A DNA stretch of 18,508 bases from Candidatus Eiseniibacteriota bacterium (GCA_030628905.1 DAOVQB010000076.1:1-18508), one strand, 5' to 3'; counted from the stretch's first letter, positions 1-8,458 are shown. A program made the numbers and translations. The notes: generated from the letters alone by a model not told the origin.

Positions 1-638
1 CGACTTCGCATATCGATATGCGCATCTAGGGCGCCACAAGCGACCAGCATCAGCGCGCGGGAAGCGCAGCCGTAGCTTCGAACTGCGCGCGCTTGAGAGA
101 ACACCACGCCCAACCGGCGCGTGGGAGCAAAGTGATTGAGCTCGCAAGAGAGGAAGGCGTTCCGGAGGGCTTTCACGCCAGATACCGAGACCGGTTTGTC
201 TCCGCACCGGCATCCGAGGTCCCGGGCGGCGACCTGCGGTTGGTCCTCATCGAGGCCGCCGATCATGGCCCATCGCACTTGGTCCAGGGCAAGGGGACCT
301 TCCGGGTCGAGGACCGCAATGCTTACCGCGGAGAGAGGTAGCCCGCGGGCGTGGTTGTCGGATCCGTCCACGGGGTCGACCACAAAGCGCCATTGGGGCG
401 GACCGTCTCCGACATGCTGCACCTCAGACTCCTCGGAGAGTACGAGCCCGTTCGGGAAGGAACTTCGCAGCCCTTCGAGCACGGTCTTGTCCGCAGACAG
501 GTCGAACAAATGTTGGCTGTGACCGCGGCGGTTGATTCCAATGTGGGATGCAGGGTCCGCAGGAAGAGATCGAAGCCGACGGCGAACTAGAGCATGGATC
601 CGCACGAGCGCCGGCAGAACATCACCGGTGGCGGCCAT
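1..638 (-). CDS. inositol monophosphatase family protein (SuhB/CysQ-like), 3'-partial (C-terminus lies beyond window position 1)
   Basis: Absent from the ORF track because there is no stop inside the window. My minus-strand translation reads ...HLFDLSADKTVLEGLRSSFPNGLVLSEESEVQHVGDGPPQWRFVVDPVDGSDNHARGLPLSAVSIAVLDPEG...RALMLVACGALDAHID. This carries the IMPase-family signatures: the EES metal site, W-x-V-D-P-[IV]-D-G-[ST], and the G-A-L-D region. An in-frame stop sits at 936..938. In-frame ATGs are at 638, 689, 758 and 908. The start at 638 (MAATGDV...) best fits a SuhB-like N-terminal length. No strong SD precedes any candidate start, so the start is uncertain. Confidence 0.6.
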   Translation of the reverse strand, partial: MAATGDVLPALVRIHALVRRRLRSLPADPASHIGINRRGHSQHLFDLSADKTVLEGLRSSFPNGLVLSEESEVQHVGDGPPQWRFVVDPVDGSDNHARGLPLSAVSIAVLDPEGPLALDQVRWAMIGGLDEDQPQVAARDLGCRCGDKPVSVSGVKALRNAFLSCELNHFAPTRRLGVVFSQARAVRSYGCASRALMLVACGALDAHIDMRS

Positions 639-1597
639 GTCGCTGGCATCTGTCACCCTGGATTCACGCTCAGAGGTCCTGCTGCGCATCACTACCTGCC
701 CATACTTTGACCATGGACGGCCGCTTGCGGACCGTCTCCGCGAATGGAACTTCCGCATCTGCTCGATCAGAACGTCGCGCAGGAGCGAGATCACCGACGA
801 AATACCATACTTTGGCGTGTGAAGCCGGGCTTCGACAATCAGGCTGTACCCAGTGCTGGGGCATGAGAGCTGTGCAGCCTTCGAGTGCTCGAATCTGGCA
901 CTTTGCATTCCGCCGGTTGGCTGCTGACGTGCTGCTTATGCAAGTCGAGTGCTGCGTCTCGGCTGGTGGCATTGCTCCGGATTTCCGCAGCACTCCGCTG
1001 TGGGGTGTACCTGGTCGCGAGGGAGAAGAGAGGACTCACAGACCAATTGAATCTTAGCCGGTTATCCTTCTGCTTCGCAAGGTGTATTGTCCGTGAGGAG
1101 AGAGGCCAGACTCCTCCCTCGAACTGGCTACCGGAGAAGAGGTTATGGTGATGGAAGTGAGATGAGGCTCTTGAGGGTTCAACATCCAGCCAGATCCGAT
1201 CCGGAGGTGTAGCGCCCAACTGTTCTGTCCACGTTTTTGCCGCGAAATTGTGTGACATGTCACTCCATTCCTGCATGAAACCATAACCCAATAGGACCTG
1301 CTCGACGGTCTAAGAAGTGAACCCGTCATCCCGCCAGGTGCAACGTCGTCATCCAGAGGCTGGGCCGCTCATGGCCGTTGGGTCCTCACCAGGCGCTAGG
1401 ACGCCGATCGGCCCACAGGCAGCGATCGACCCTCCTCAAACGCAAGACGCATCTCGATCGTCGGAGCCAGACAAAGAGTTCGCAATAGGTCAACCAGGGG
1501 ACGCCAAATCCACTCCTTTTGCTGGTGATGCTTGCGATTGATCCCTGCAGGTCATCGCCAGATAGATAATCCAAGGCAGAGGGTTGGTGAGAAGTCC

Positions 1598-1648
1598 GGT
1601 TCAGACAGAAACCCCGGAGGAGCAGGCAATCGCCGGCATCCTCCGGGG
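1598..1648 (-). terminator. Rho-independent terminator downstream of the 1678..2553(-) gene
   Basis: On the minus strand, 30-65 nt after the stop: CCCCGGAGGA-(17 nt loop)-TCCTCCGGGG, a 10-bp GC-rich stem (plus coordinates 1612..1621 / 1639..1648), followed by UUUCUGUCUGAA (plus 1600..1611). Confidence 0.55.
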
Positions 1649-1677
1649 CTCGCAATGTGGTCAATAGGGAGCCTAGC

Positions 1678-2553
1678 TTACTTGAAAATAGACTTGATAG
1701 CGCCCCAGCTCATACTCTCGACCGGCGTCAGTGGCTCCTCGTGAATGTCGATATTGTCGAAGGCCAGGGAGTTCCCCGCCACGCCGCCGCCGGCAAAGAA
1801 CCGGAAGCACTCCGGCAGGGCAGGAGTGCCAGCCGCTCCGCCGGCCAGATACCAGTCGGTCGGTTCGAAGGTCCATTCCTCCATGGTCTCCAGATCAATG
1901 ATCCCAACCTCAACGATCATATTGGTGTCGAGATCTACCTTCGTCCATGCGCGGTACCAATGGTTGAGTTCAAGATTCTCCCAACCGGCCCCCGGGCTCG
2001 CACCCGGCTGGGCAAACATGGTGCCACCCGCGTCGTAGGCCATATAAAACGCGTTGAAGAGGGTCGGATTTTCGGGGTCAACCCACGACATGAGGTGAAT
2101 CTTGTGCGTCACCGCGGCTGGCTCGTTGCGCAGTGAGAAGCTACCGATGTTGTTCGCCGACGGAGGGGATCCCAGGTAGACGGCAGCGAAGTCGTATCCT
2201 ATGATCCAGATCGGGCCGGCAGCAAACGACATGTCCCTCTGTGCCCGCGCGTAGGCATTACCGGCCGGGCCGGTACCGCCGATGAACTGGTCTTCTCCCG
2301 TGGGGTTTGCCGGAAGCTCCAGCACATTGCCGTCATAGGTATAGGCGAGGAAGTCCACGCTCGTGGTGCCTGGCGGAATGTAGTAGCCGTCCTGTCCGGT
2401 GAGGATCTCACCGAAGGGCGACGCGATTAGATCCTCGAAGCCGCTAATGTAGTCCGCATTCGCAGCCGGTGCAGCAAACAGAACTGCGCACAGCGCTACC
2501 CCCAAGCAAAAAGCTCCGGTGCGGAGACTGTATCCCGACGATACCGTCCTCAT
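1678..2553 (-). CDS. secreted protein of unknown function (signal peptide; C-terminal tail ...ESMSWGAIKSIFK)
   Basis: 291-aa ORF. The SD is strong: AAAGGAGG, 7 nt, ATG (revcomp of 2554..2575). The N-terminus MRTVSSGYSLRTGAFCLGVALCAVLFAAPAANA is a classic Sec signal peptide. A terminator follows. I recognise no domain. Confidence 0.8.
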   Translation of the reverse strand: MRTVSSGYSLRTGAFCLGVALCAVLFAAPAANADYISGFEDLIASPFGEILTGQDGYYIPPGTTSVDFLAYTYDGNVLELPANPTGEDQFIGGTGPAGNAYARAQRDMSFAAGPIWIIGYDFAAVYLGSPPSANNIGSFSLRNEPAAVTHKIHLMSWVDPENPTLFNAFYMAYDAGGTMFAQPGASPGAGWENLELNHWYRAWTKVDLDTNMIVEVGIIDLETMEEWTFEPTDWYLAGGAAGTPALPECFRFFAGGGVAGNSLAFDNIDIHEEPLTPVESMSWGAIKSIFK

Positions 2554-2887
2554 AATGATGCCTCCTTTGCCTTGTAAGCCATATCTCCCTGTCGATCTCG
2601 CACCCGCTCCGATGCCCTTCAGCGCGTCCCCTCGTTCTTCACGGTCGGGAATCTGGCAGGTGCACCAATCTTCTCGTTTGGAGTGGCTGATTCATCCCTG
2701 GGGGCCATGGAGCTGGCAGCTGCCACAGCCCCAATCTTGGTGCCTGGTCTCTCACCCCAATGACTCACCATGGAATATCCCACATAGCGGGCCTTGCGTC
2801 AAGCGCAAGCATTGGGTGGATTGGGTGAGTCCCCACGGTGCTCAGGATGGCCTCTTTGCCATCTCTGAAAGCGGTGCCCCCGTCAGC

Positions 2888-5143
2888 CTACGGATTCCGG
2901 AGCAGCATCAGCTTCCCCGTCTGCATTCCCACGGAGGTGGCGAGCCGGTAATAGTAGATCCCACTAGCAGATCGGGCTCCGCGGGAATCCTCACCCTCCC
3001 AGGTGAATCTGTGGAGCCCCTGGGGCAAGTTCGCTTGGACCAGCCTCTTGACCAGCCTTCCTGAAGGGCCGTGGATCGATAGAGCCACCCAATCCGACGC
3101 TGGTAGGCGGAATGCAATCGACACCTGATCCCTCCCCGGGTTAGGCAGGCTTTGGTGGAGAACCGGTTGGCAATCATCAGACGGAACCCACGCGAGATTC
3201 TCATTTGCCGTGGTGACCATCATTGAGTCGGTGGTTGAGTTGCCGACCACATCCTTCGCGGTTACACGAATGATATAGTCTCCGTCTGGCAACGATGTCG
3301 TATCCCACGCCTCCCAAAGGTCGGATTCCTCGTAGATCTGATCACCGTTGGAATTGGTGATGATGTGGTAAAACTCCCGCATGTTGTAATCGCCTTGTGT
3401 GTTGCAAACCCCGTCTTTCTTAAACAGTAGTTCAACGAGAAATGGGTCGATTGGACCGCCCTGGTAGGTGTCCAGTTCCATATCGAAGAAGACAGCAAGC
3501 TTGTCATCTACAACTGGAAACTCCGGGAAGCCCACGCGGTAGATGGTGTAGCGGATTTCTTGCACAGTGCATACCCAGTCGCATTCGATGAGATCGCCTA
3601 CGTGGGCGATGATGTCGACTGCTCCCTGGAGAGACTGCGGGTCTTGATAGGAGGAAGTCTGGTTATAGCAGAAAGCGAGGAGGTCATTCCCCGTGGCGGG
3701 TTCAAAGACGGGGGGCGTATTCTCACTCTGATTACTGAAGTCAAGATGAGGGTTTTCGGTGCATAGCCAATCACCGTACCACTGAACGCCGTGGTCCTCG
3801 ATCCGTGCAAAGTGGATGTGGGTGAAATCGTAGCAGGGCCAGTCCACAAGATCGCCGAGGTACTGACCCTGCTCGATTAGGTCGCCCACATCTACCGCGA
3901 TGCTGTATTCGTCGAGATGGGCGTACAGGTAGCCCTTAGTGGTGTCGGGCGTGGCGGCGTCACCGATGGCTACGCGCCAGTGCCACTGTCCGGAGATGGT
4001 CAGCACAGCCTTGACCACACCCTCCCGGACGGCGTACACGGCTTGCCCGGGTGTGCCCATTACATCCACGCCGGGGTGAAGGTAGCCCGATCCGCCGTAG
4101 CATTGGTACTCGCCGTATGTATTGCCCACTTGATGCTGCTGGTCAGGCCAGAGGGGCCAGGGGATCCCGCGGCCCGTAGGGGGAGTTTGGGTTATGGCGG
4201 GAATGTGTTGCGAGGGCCCCGGGTGGCGTTCCAGCACGCACCCGTCCGGATCTAGAGTCACCAGCTCCCCGATGTAGAGATCGTTCTGGACCCGGCGTAG
4301 TCCCAGGTGGATCGCTGAGGCGCTCACGCGGACATCCCTCGATTCGGCGTCTGGAGGGCAGGTGTAGATCGTCTCGACCGACCCAGAGGGGAGCGGCACC
4401 CTCAAGAGTGCGTGTTGATCGAGCACCAGCACGGCCGAACCGCCCGGCGAGAAGCCGACTCGTCGTGGATGCAGGTTCTCGAGTGGGATCTCGAGCAGGT
4501 GCTCTGTGCCCCTGAAGACATGGAGCATGTATGCTGCCGACATGCCCCCTCCGGTGACATCGACGCCGGAAACCGCATCGTTGTTCCCAGCGACGCCCGC
4601 CAGGAGCCCCGCGGGCCCGGCTGCGAACAGGTCCAGAACGGGATAGCGGACCTCCTCGAAGGTCACGAGATCCAGTGCGATGGTTCCGTTTCGCGTGCGG
4701 AATACGAAGCTCAGACCATCAGACGATAGTTGTGGGTTCGAGAGGATATCAACTTCTTGCACATGCAGCGCCCGGCCGTGCAGATCGATCACTCGGAGCA
4801 CGCTGGGCAGAACATGAGAGTCGGGTGTTTCCAGGCAGACCACGCGTCCGGCATCTGAGATGAAGAATGCGTGACCGTGCAAGGCCAAGAGCTCATGTCG
4901 CTTACCGTCTCTCGAGGTGACCGTTAGGTTGAACTGCGGTTCAACAGCCTGTCCCTGTACGGGAACAATCTCCATCGCGAAGGTACCCCGCGGCGATATG
5001 CGCAAGAGCCTCGTTCCCGGGTCCTGGATGAGACCCTGGCAGCTGACGCTCCAATGGTCGAGGTCGGGGCCTCTGAAGTAGGCCGTAGCCGTGCCCGCAA
5101 GAAGTGTTAGAGTGGCCAGAGTCAGGAGACCGATCCATCTCAT
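2888..5143 (-). CDS. secreted M23-family metallopeptidase with T9SS type-A / FlgD-Ig-like C-terminal sorting domain
   Basis: The ORF track starts at 5221, but the ATG at 5143 has SD AAGGAG + 7 nt and begins a signal peptide (MRWIGLLTLATLTLLAGTATA-YF). The M23 motifs are YLHPGVDVMGTPGQAVYAVREGVV (HxGxD; plus ~4063..4079), YAHL and THIHF (HxH; plus ~3812..3826). The C-terminal ~80 aa read LHQSLPNPGRDQVSIAFRLP...VALSIHGPSGRLVKRLV...GLHRFTWEGEDSRGARSASGIYYYRL, which matches the Por_Secre_tail/FlgD-Ig CTD pattern. Confidence 0.88.
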   Translation of the reverse strand: MRWIGLLTLATLTLLAGTATAYFRGPDLDHWSVSCQGLIQDPGTRLLRISPRGTFAMEIVPVQGQAVEPQFNLTVTSRDGKRHELLALHGHAFFISDAGRVVCLETPDSHVLPSVLRVIDLHGRALHVQEVDILSNPQLSSDGLSFVFRTRNGTIALDLVTFEEVRYPVLDLFAAGPAGLLAGVAGNNDAVSGVDVTGGGMSAAYMLHVFRGTEHLLEIPLENLHPRRVGFSPGGSAVLVLDQHALLRVPLPSGSVETIYTCPPDAESRDVRVSASAIHLGLRRVQNDLYIGELVTLDPDGCVLERHPGPSQHIPAITQTPPTGRGIPWPLWPDQQHQVGNTYGEYQCYGGSGYLHPGVDVMGTPGQAVYAVREGVVKAVLTISGQWHWRVAIGDAATPDTTKGYLYAHLDEYSIAVDVGDLIEQGQYLGDLVDWPCYDFTHIHFARIEDHGVQWYGDWLCTENPHLDFSNQSENTPPVFEPATGNDLLAFCYNQTSSYQDPQSLQGAVDIIAHVGDLIECDWVCTVQEIRYTIYRVGFPEFPVVDDKLAVFFDMELDTYQGGPIDPFLVELLFKKDGVCNTQGDYNMREFYHIITNSNGDQIYEESDLWEAWDTTSLPDGDYIIRVTAKDVVGNSTTDSMMVTTANENLAWVPSDDCQPVLHQSLPNPGRDQVSIAFRLPASDWVALSIHGPSGRLVKRLVQANLPQGLHRFTWEGEDSRGARSASGIYYYRLATSVGMQTGKLMLLRNP

Positions 5144-5572
5144 TTGTCTTCTCCTTATACCCAAAGCAGCCATCCCCTGATCCGCCGCCGCTGCTGAGCA
5201 GACTGCTAAGGCGCAGAGCACCGCGTGTACTGCCCAAGATAGGGGAGGGGAGATGCAGACAAGTGGTGCAATGACATAAGCGTTCGATTCCTTGGGAGTT
5301 GCTACAATTAGAACTGTACATCGTAGAACCTGGGTTCGTCAATAGCGTCCAGATAGGGGTGATCAGAGGTGCGGCCCGCCGACCTGGCCGCCGTGTTGGC
5401 AAGCACAAAAGCCGCTGGCCATTGCAGGTGCTATTCTGTCATGCTGTAGTCATCAGAGGGTTTGGCGAGAGGCACGAGGGCATTGACTCGCGTTCTCCGA
5501 GATGAAAACACATAATAGGTATGTCAAGGGCGTTTCTCTGGGGGCTGCAGCCACCCGAATAAAGGATACTCC

Positions 5573-7051
5573 ATGAAGGTCCTGCTGATCTATCCTGAGT
5601 TTCCGGATACGTTCTGGAGTTTCAAGCATGCACTCAAATTCATCCGTAAGAAAGCCTCATCACCACCGCTGGGCCTGCTGACGGTGGCCGCCCTACTACC
5701 ACCCGAGTGGGCCAAGCGGCTGGTCGACCTCAGTGTGACGAAGCTCACAGAGCAAGATCTTGCGTGGGCCGATTGTGTGATGATCAGCGGTATGGCCCTG
5801 CAAAGCGAGTCGGCTCGTCAAATCATTGCCAGGTGCAGGAAAGCAGGTCTCAAGATCATTGCGGGTGGACCGCTCTTCACGAATGAATACGAAGAGTTTG
5901 ATGAAGTTGATCATCTCGTGTTGAATGAGGCGGAGGTGACCCTCCCATCCTTTTTGGCAGATCTGAAGCAGGGGCGTGCCAAGCGCGTATACACCACATC
6001 CGAGTTCCCGGATATCCGGAAGACCCCGGTTCCTCTGTGGGGGCTGATAGATCAGAAGCGGTACGACTCGATGAGCATCCAGTTCTCCCGGGGATGTCCA
6101 TATCATTGTGAGTTCTGCAACGTAACCGCGTTATTCGGTAACCGCGTACGGATGAAGACCGCCCAGCAAGTCTGTGTGGAGTTGGACGGTCTCTATGACC
6201 AAGGTTGGCGAGGTAACATCTTCTTCGTGGATGACAACTTCATTGGGAGCAAGAAGTATCTCAAGTCTGGGCTGCTGCCCGCGCTGATCGAATGGCGGAG
6301 GAACAAGATAGGGATAACATTCAACACTGAGGTCTCAATCAATCTGGCCGATGACACGCAATTGATGGGAATGATGGTCGCGGCTGGGTTTCATACGGTC
6401 TTTATTGGCATCGAGACGCCGAACGAGGACGGCCTTGCAGAATGCAGCAAGATCCAGAACAAGAACCGAGACATGGTCGCAGACGTTAGGCGTATCCAGA
6501 GAGCGGGGTTGCAAGTTCAGGGAGGATTCATCGTTGGCTTTGACAGTGATACGCCCTCCATCTTCCAGCGACAGATTGATTTCATCCAGAGCAGCGGCAT
6601 TGTGACGGCCATGGTTGGGCTGCTTCAAGCGCCGGCTGGCACGAGGCTTCATGCACGTTTGAAGCGAGAGGGCCGCCTGCTGGGTCGCATGTCGGGGGAC
6701 AACGCTGACGGCAAAACGAACATTGTGCCCAAGATGGGCCTTGATAGGTTGCAGGAGGGGTATAAGAGAATCTTGCGAGAGATATACTCGCCCGAGCGGT
6801 ACTATGAGCGCGTCAGAACCTTCCTTCGAGAGTATCAGCCGCCAAGGAATGAAGCCCGGCCGGATTTCGAGCATATCATGGCGTTATTTCGTTCCATGTG
6901 CGAACTGGGCATCGTCGGCAGGGAGCGAGTCCACTATTGGAAGCTCTTTTTTTGGGCACAATGGCGGCACCCAAGGCTGTTTCCGCTGGCGATTACGCTT
7001 GCCATCTACGGCCACCATTTCCGGAAGGTCTTCGAGCAGCACATGCTCTAG
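5573..7051 (+). CDS. B12-binding domain-containing radical SAM protein (class-B radical SAM; DUF4070-type C-terminus)
   Basis: 492 aa. SD AAAGGA lies upstream. The N-terminus MKVLLIYPEFPDTFWSFKHALKFI...PPLGLLTVAALLP is a B12-binding Rossmann start. The radical-SAM cluster motif GCPYHCEFC (CxxxCxxC) is at 6095..6118. The C-terminal YYERVRTFLREY region is typical of DUF4070. Confidence 0.9.
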   Translation: MKVLLIYPEFPDTFWSFKHALKFIRKKASSPPLGLLTVAALLPPEWAKRLVDLSVTKLTEQDLAWADCVMISGMALQSESARQIIARCRKAGLKIIAGGPLFTNEYEEFDEVDHLVLNEAEVTLPSFLADLKQGRAKRVYTTSEFPDIRKTPVPLWGLIDQKRYDSMSIQFSRGCPYHCEFCNVTALFGNRVRMKTAQQVCVELDGLYDQGWRGNIFFVDDNFIGSKKYLKSGLLPALIEWRRNKIGITFNTEVSINLADDTQLMGMMVAAGFHTVFIGIETPNEDGLAECSKIQNKNRDMVADVRRIQRAGLQVQGGFIVGFDSDTPSIFQRQIDFIQSSGIVTAMVGLLQAPAGTRLHARLKREGRLLGRMSGDNADGKTNIVPKMGLDRLQEGYKRILREIYSPERYYERVRTFLREYQPPRNEARPDFEHIMALFRSMCELGIVGRERVHYWKLFFWAQWRHPRLFPLAITLAIYGHHFRKVFEQHML

Positions 7052-7175
7052 CAATGCAGCGGTGCCCGCTGGATTTCAGCCCAAACACAATCAGTGTCAA
7101 AGGGAATCGGGGTTTCTGTGACCTGGCCATGCACAGCACTTCGATTGCCGTGCGGGGTTGCCTATGGGAGGCGTG

Positions 7176-8246
7176 ATGCATCCCCATGCTGCTGAGGTCC
7201 GTTTCTACGAAGAACTCAATGACTTCCTTCCTCCCAGCAGGCGCAAGCGTGCTTTCTCGTATCTCTTTTCCGGAAACCCCTCGATCAAAGACGCAGTGGA
7301 GGCAATCGGTGTCCCTCACACGGAAGTAGATCTGATCCTGGTGAATGGCAGCTCCGTTGGATTTGGCTATCATCTCAGGCCCGGCGACCGCGTGTCGGTC
7401 TATCCTGTATTCGAGAGCCTTGACATCTCGCCGGTCGTGCGTTTGAGAGCACGGCCGCTGCGCAGAACGGCCTTTGTGCTCGACGGTCATCTCGGCAAGC
7501 TGGCCAGGCTGCTGCGCATGTTCGGCTTCGATACACTGTACCGCAAGCTAAAGGCTGGCTCTGGATTACCGGGTTTCCGGGTTTTTGGAAGCCTGATCGC
7601 CTTCGCTGTGGCGATGGCGTATCTGGAGGCGGCGGTAGTGGTCTACCTCCGAAAAATCTTCTATCCCGGGGGCTTTGTCTTTCCTCTCGGTGAGATGAAC
7701 CCCTTCGCTTATGCCGTCGAGGTGGGACGGGAAGGCGCCACTATCGTCATGCTGGCGACGGTTGCCTGTCTGGCGGCGTCGACCGGCGTGCGGCGTTTGG
7801 CGGTCTTTGCCTTCCTCTTTGGGATCTGGGATATCAGCTACTATATCTGGCTCAAGCTTCTCCTCAACTGGCCGGAGTCACTCCTCACCTGGGATATCCT
7901 CTTCCTAATCCCGGTCAGTTGGATCGGACCCGTCCTCGCCCCCGTGCTGATCTCGCTGCTGCTGGTAGCAGGTTCGCTCCGGATGATGCGGCTTCTGGAG
8001 GACGGGTGCGCTGCGCGGGTCGATCGGTGGGATTGGCTGGGGGCCTCTGCCGGAGTGCTCCTGGTTCTGTATAGCTTCATGGAGGATATGACGATAGCGC
8101 TCCTACAAGGCGGTGCACAAGCCGCGGCAGCCCTCGTTCCAGCCAAGTTCGGCTGGCCCGCCTTTCTGGCTGGTTTTGCCCTGATGATCGGCGTGACCTT
8201 GCGGGTCACCCGGAGATCGGGCCGAGGGCGCGGGACGATTCGATGA
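7176..8246 (+). CDS. chimeric protein: Ub-Mut7C (ThiS/MoaD-like beta-grasp) domain + first ~30 aa of a Mut7-C RNase domain fused to a multi-pass membrane domain
   Basis: The ORF track starts at TTG 7158. The ATG at 7176 follows GGGAGG (7166..7171) and gives MHPHAAEVRFYEELNDFLPP..KDAVEAIGVPHTEVDLILVNGSSV..GDRVSVYPVFESLDI, which is the Ub-Mut7C signature. Then TAFVLDGHLGKLARLLRMFGFDTLY equals the canonical start of the Mut7-C/PIN-like RNase domain. The sequence then diverges into 6-7 hydrophobic helices (...FGIWDISYYIWLKLLLNWPESLLTWDILFLIPVSWIGPVLAPVLISLLLVAG...). Frames +2 and +3 hold no Mut7-C continuation. Confidence 0.75.
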   Translation: MHPHAAEVRFYEELNDFLPPSRRKRAFSYLFSGNPSIKDAVEAIGVPHTEVDLILVNGSSVGFGYHLRPGDRVSVYPVFESLDISPVVRLRARPLRRTAFVLDGHLGKLARLLRMFGFDTLYRKLKAGSGLPGFRVFGSLIAFAVAMAYLEAAVVVYLRKIFYPGGFVFPLGEMNPFAYAVEVGREGATIVMLATVACLAASTGVRRLAVFAFLFGIWDISYYIWLKLLLNWPESLLTWDILFLIPVSWIGPVLAPVLISLLLVAGSLRMMRLLEDGCAARVDRWDWLGASAGVLLVLYSFMEDMTIALLQGGAQAAAALVPAKFGWPAFLAGFALMIGVTLRVTRRSGRGRGTIR

Positions 8247-8288
8247 GGATCCCAATCTGATGCCGACCGGCAAGGCTGCCTGCAATCT

Positions 8289-8411
8289 GACTCGACTTGA
8301 CAGGTGTATAGTGCAATCCTAGGCCATCGGACTCGACTTGACAGGTGTATAGCAAAATCCCACGCTATATGACTCAACCCAACGGCCGTATGGCACAACC
8401 CCAGGCAGACC
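8289..8411. repeat. three tandem ~41-bp direct repeats (third copy degenerate), each earlier copy containing TTGACA
   Basis: U1 8289..8329 is GACTCGACTTGACAGGTGTATAGTGCAATCCTAGGCCATCG. U2 8330..8370 is GACTCGACTTGACAGGTGTATAGCAAAATCCCACGCTATAT; its first 23 nt are identical to U1. U3 8371..8411 is GACTCAACCCAACGGCCGTATGGCACAACCCCAGGCAGACC, about 25/41 identical to U2. Confidence 0.7.
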
Positions 8412-8428
8412 AAACCCAATCTAAAATG

Positions 8429-8458
8429 TTGTATTTATCCCTCTTCTGGGGCTACAAT
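8429..8458 (+). promoter_or_regulatory. candidate sigma70-like promoter TTGTAT-N18-TACAAT for the 8715 gene
   Basis: -35 TTGTAT at 8429..8434, an 18-nt spacer, and -10 TACAAT at 8453..8458. It sits in an AT-richer patch and would give a ~250-nt leader. This is a hexamer match only. Confidence 0.3.

Noticed and set aside
839-1291. 150-aa minus-strand ORF (MGYGFMQEWSDMSHN...)
   Set aside because: Its 3' third overlaps the IMPase gene in another frame. It has no RBS and no recognisable features, and the 12-bp palindrome lies inside it. I treat the region as non-coding, flagged as a finding.
2519-3064. 181-aa plus-strand ORF
   Set aside because: It overlaps the 3' end of the M23 peptidase gene in antisense and the promoter region of the 1678 gene. 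It is Trp/Pro/Ser-rich, with no RBS.
5282-5291. tRNA T-loop-like GTTCGATTCC
   Set aside because: The flanking sequence cannot form the T-stem (AAGCG versus CCTTG). No acceptor or anticodon arms are evident. I judge it a chance match.
5696-6874. Minus-strand ORFs of 136, 74 and 179 aa
   Set aside because: They are antisense to the radical SAM gene, whose motifs and length are unambiguous.
7056-7071. Terminator between the radical SAM and Ub-chimera genes
   Set aside because: Only a 6-bp stem (CAGCGG/CCGCTG) with a 4-nt loop and a weak T-tract (GATTTC). This is too weak to call, and the two genes are more likely co-transcribed.
8289-8411. CRISPR array
   Set aside because: There are only three copies, the period is 41 bp, there are no unique spacers of normal length, the third copy is degenerate, and no cas genes are nearby. 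I judge it a tandem-repeat or regulatory element instead.
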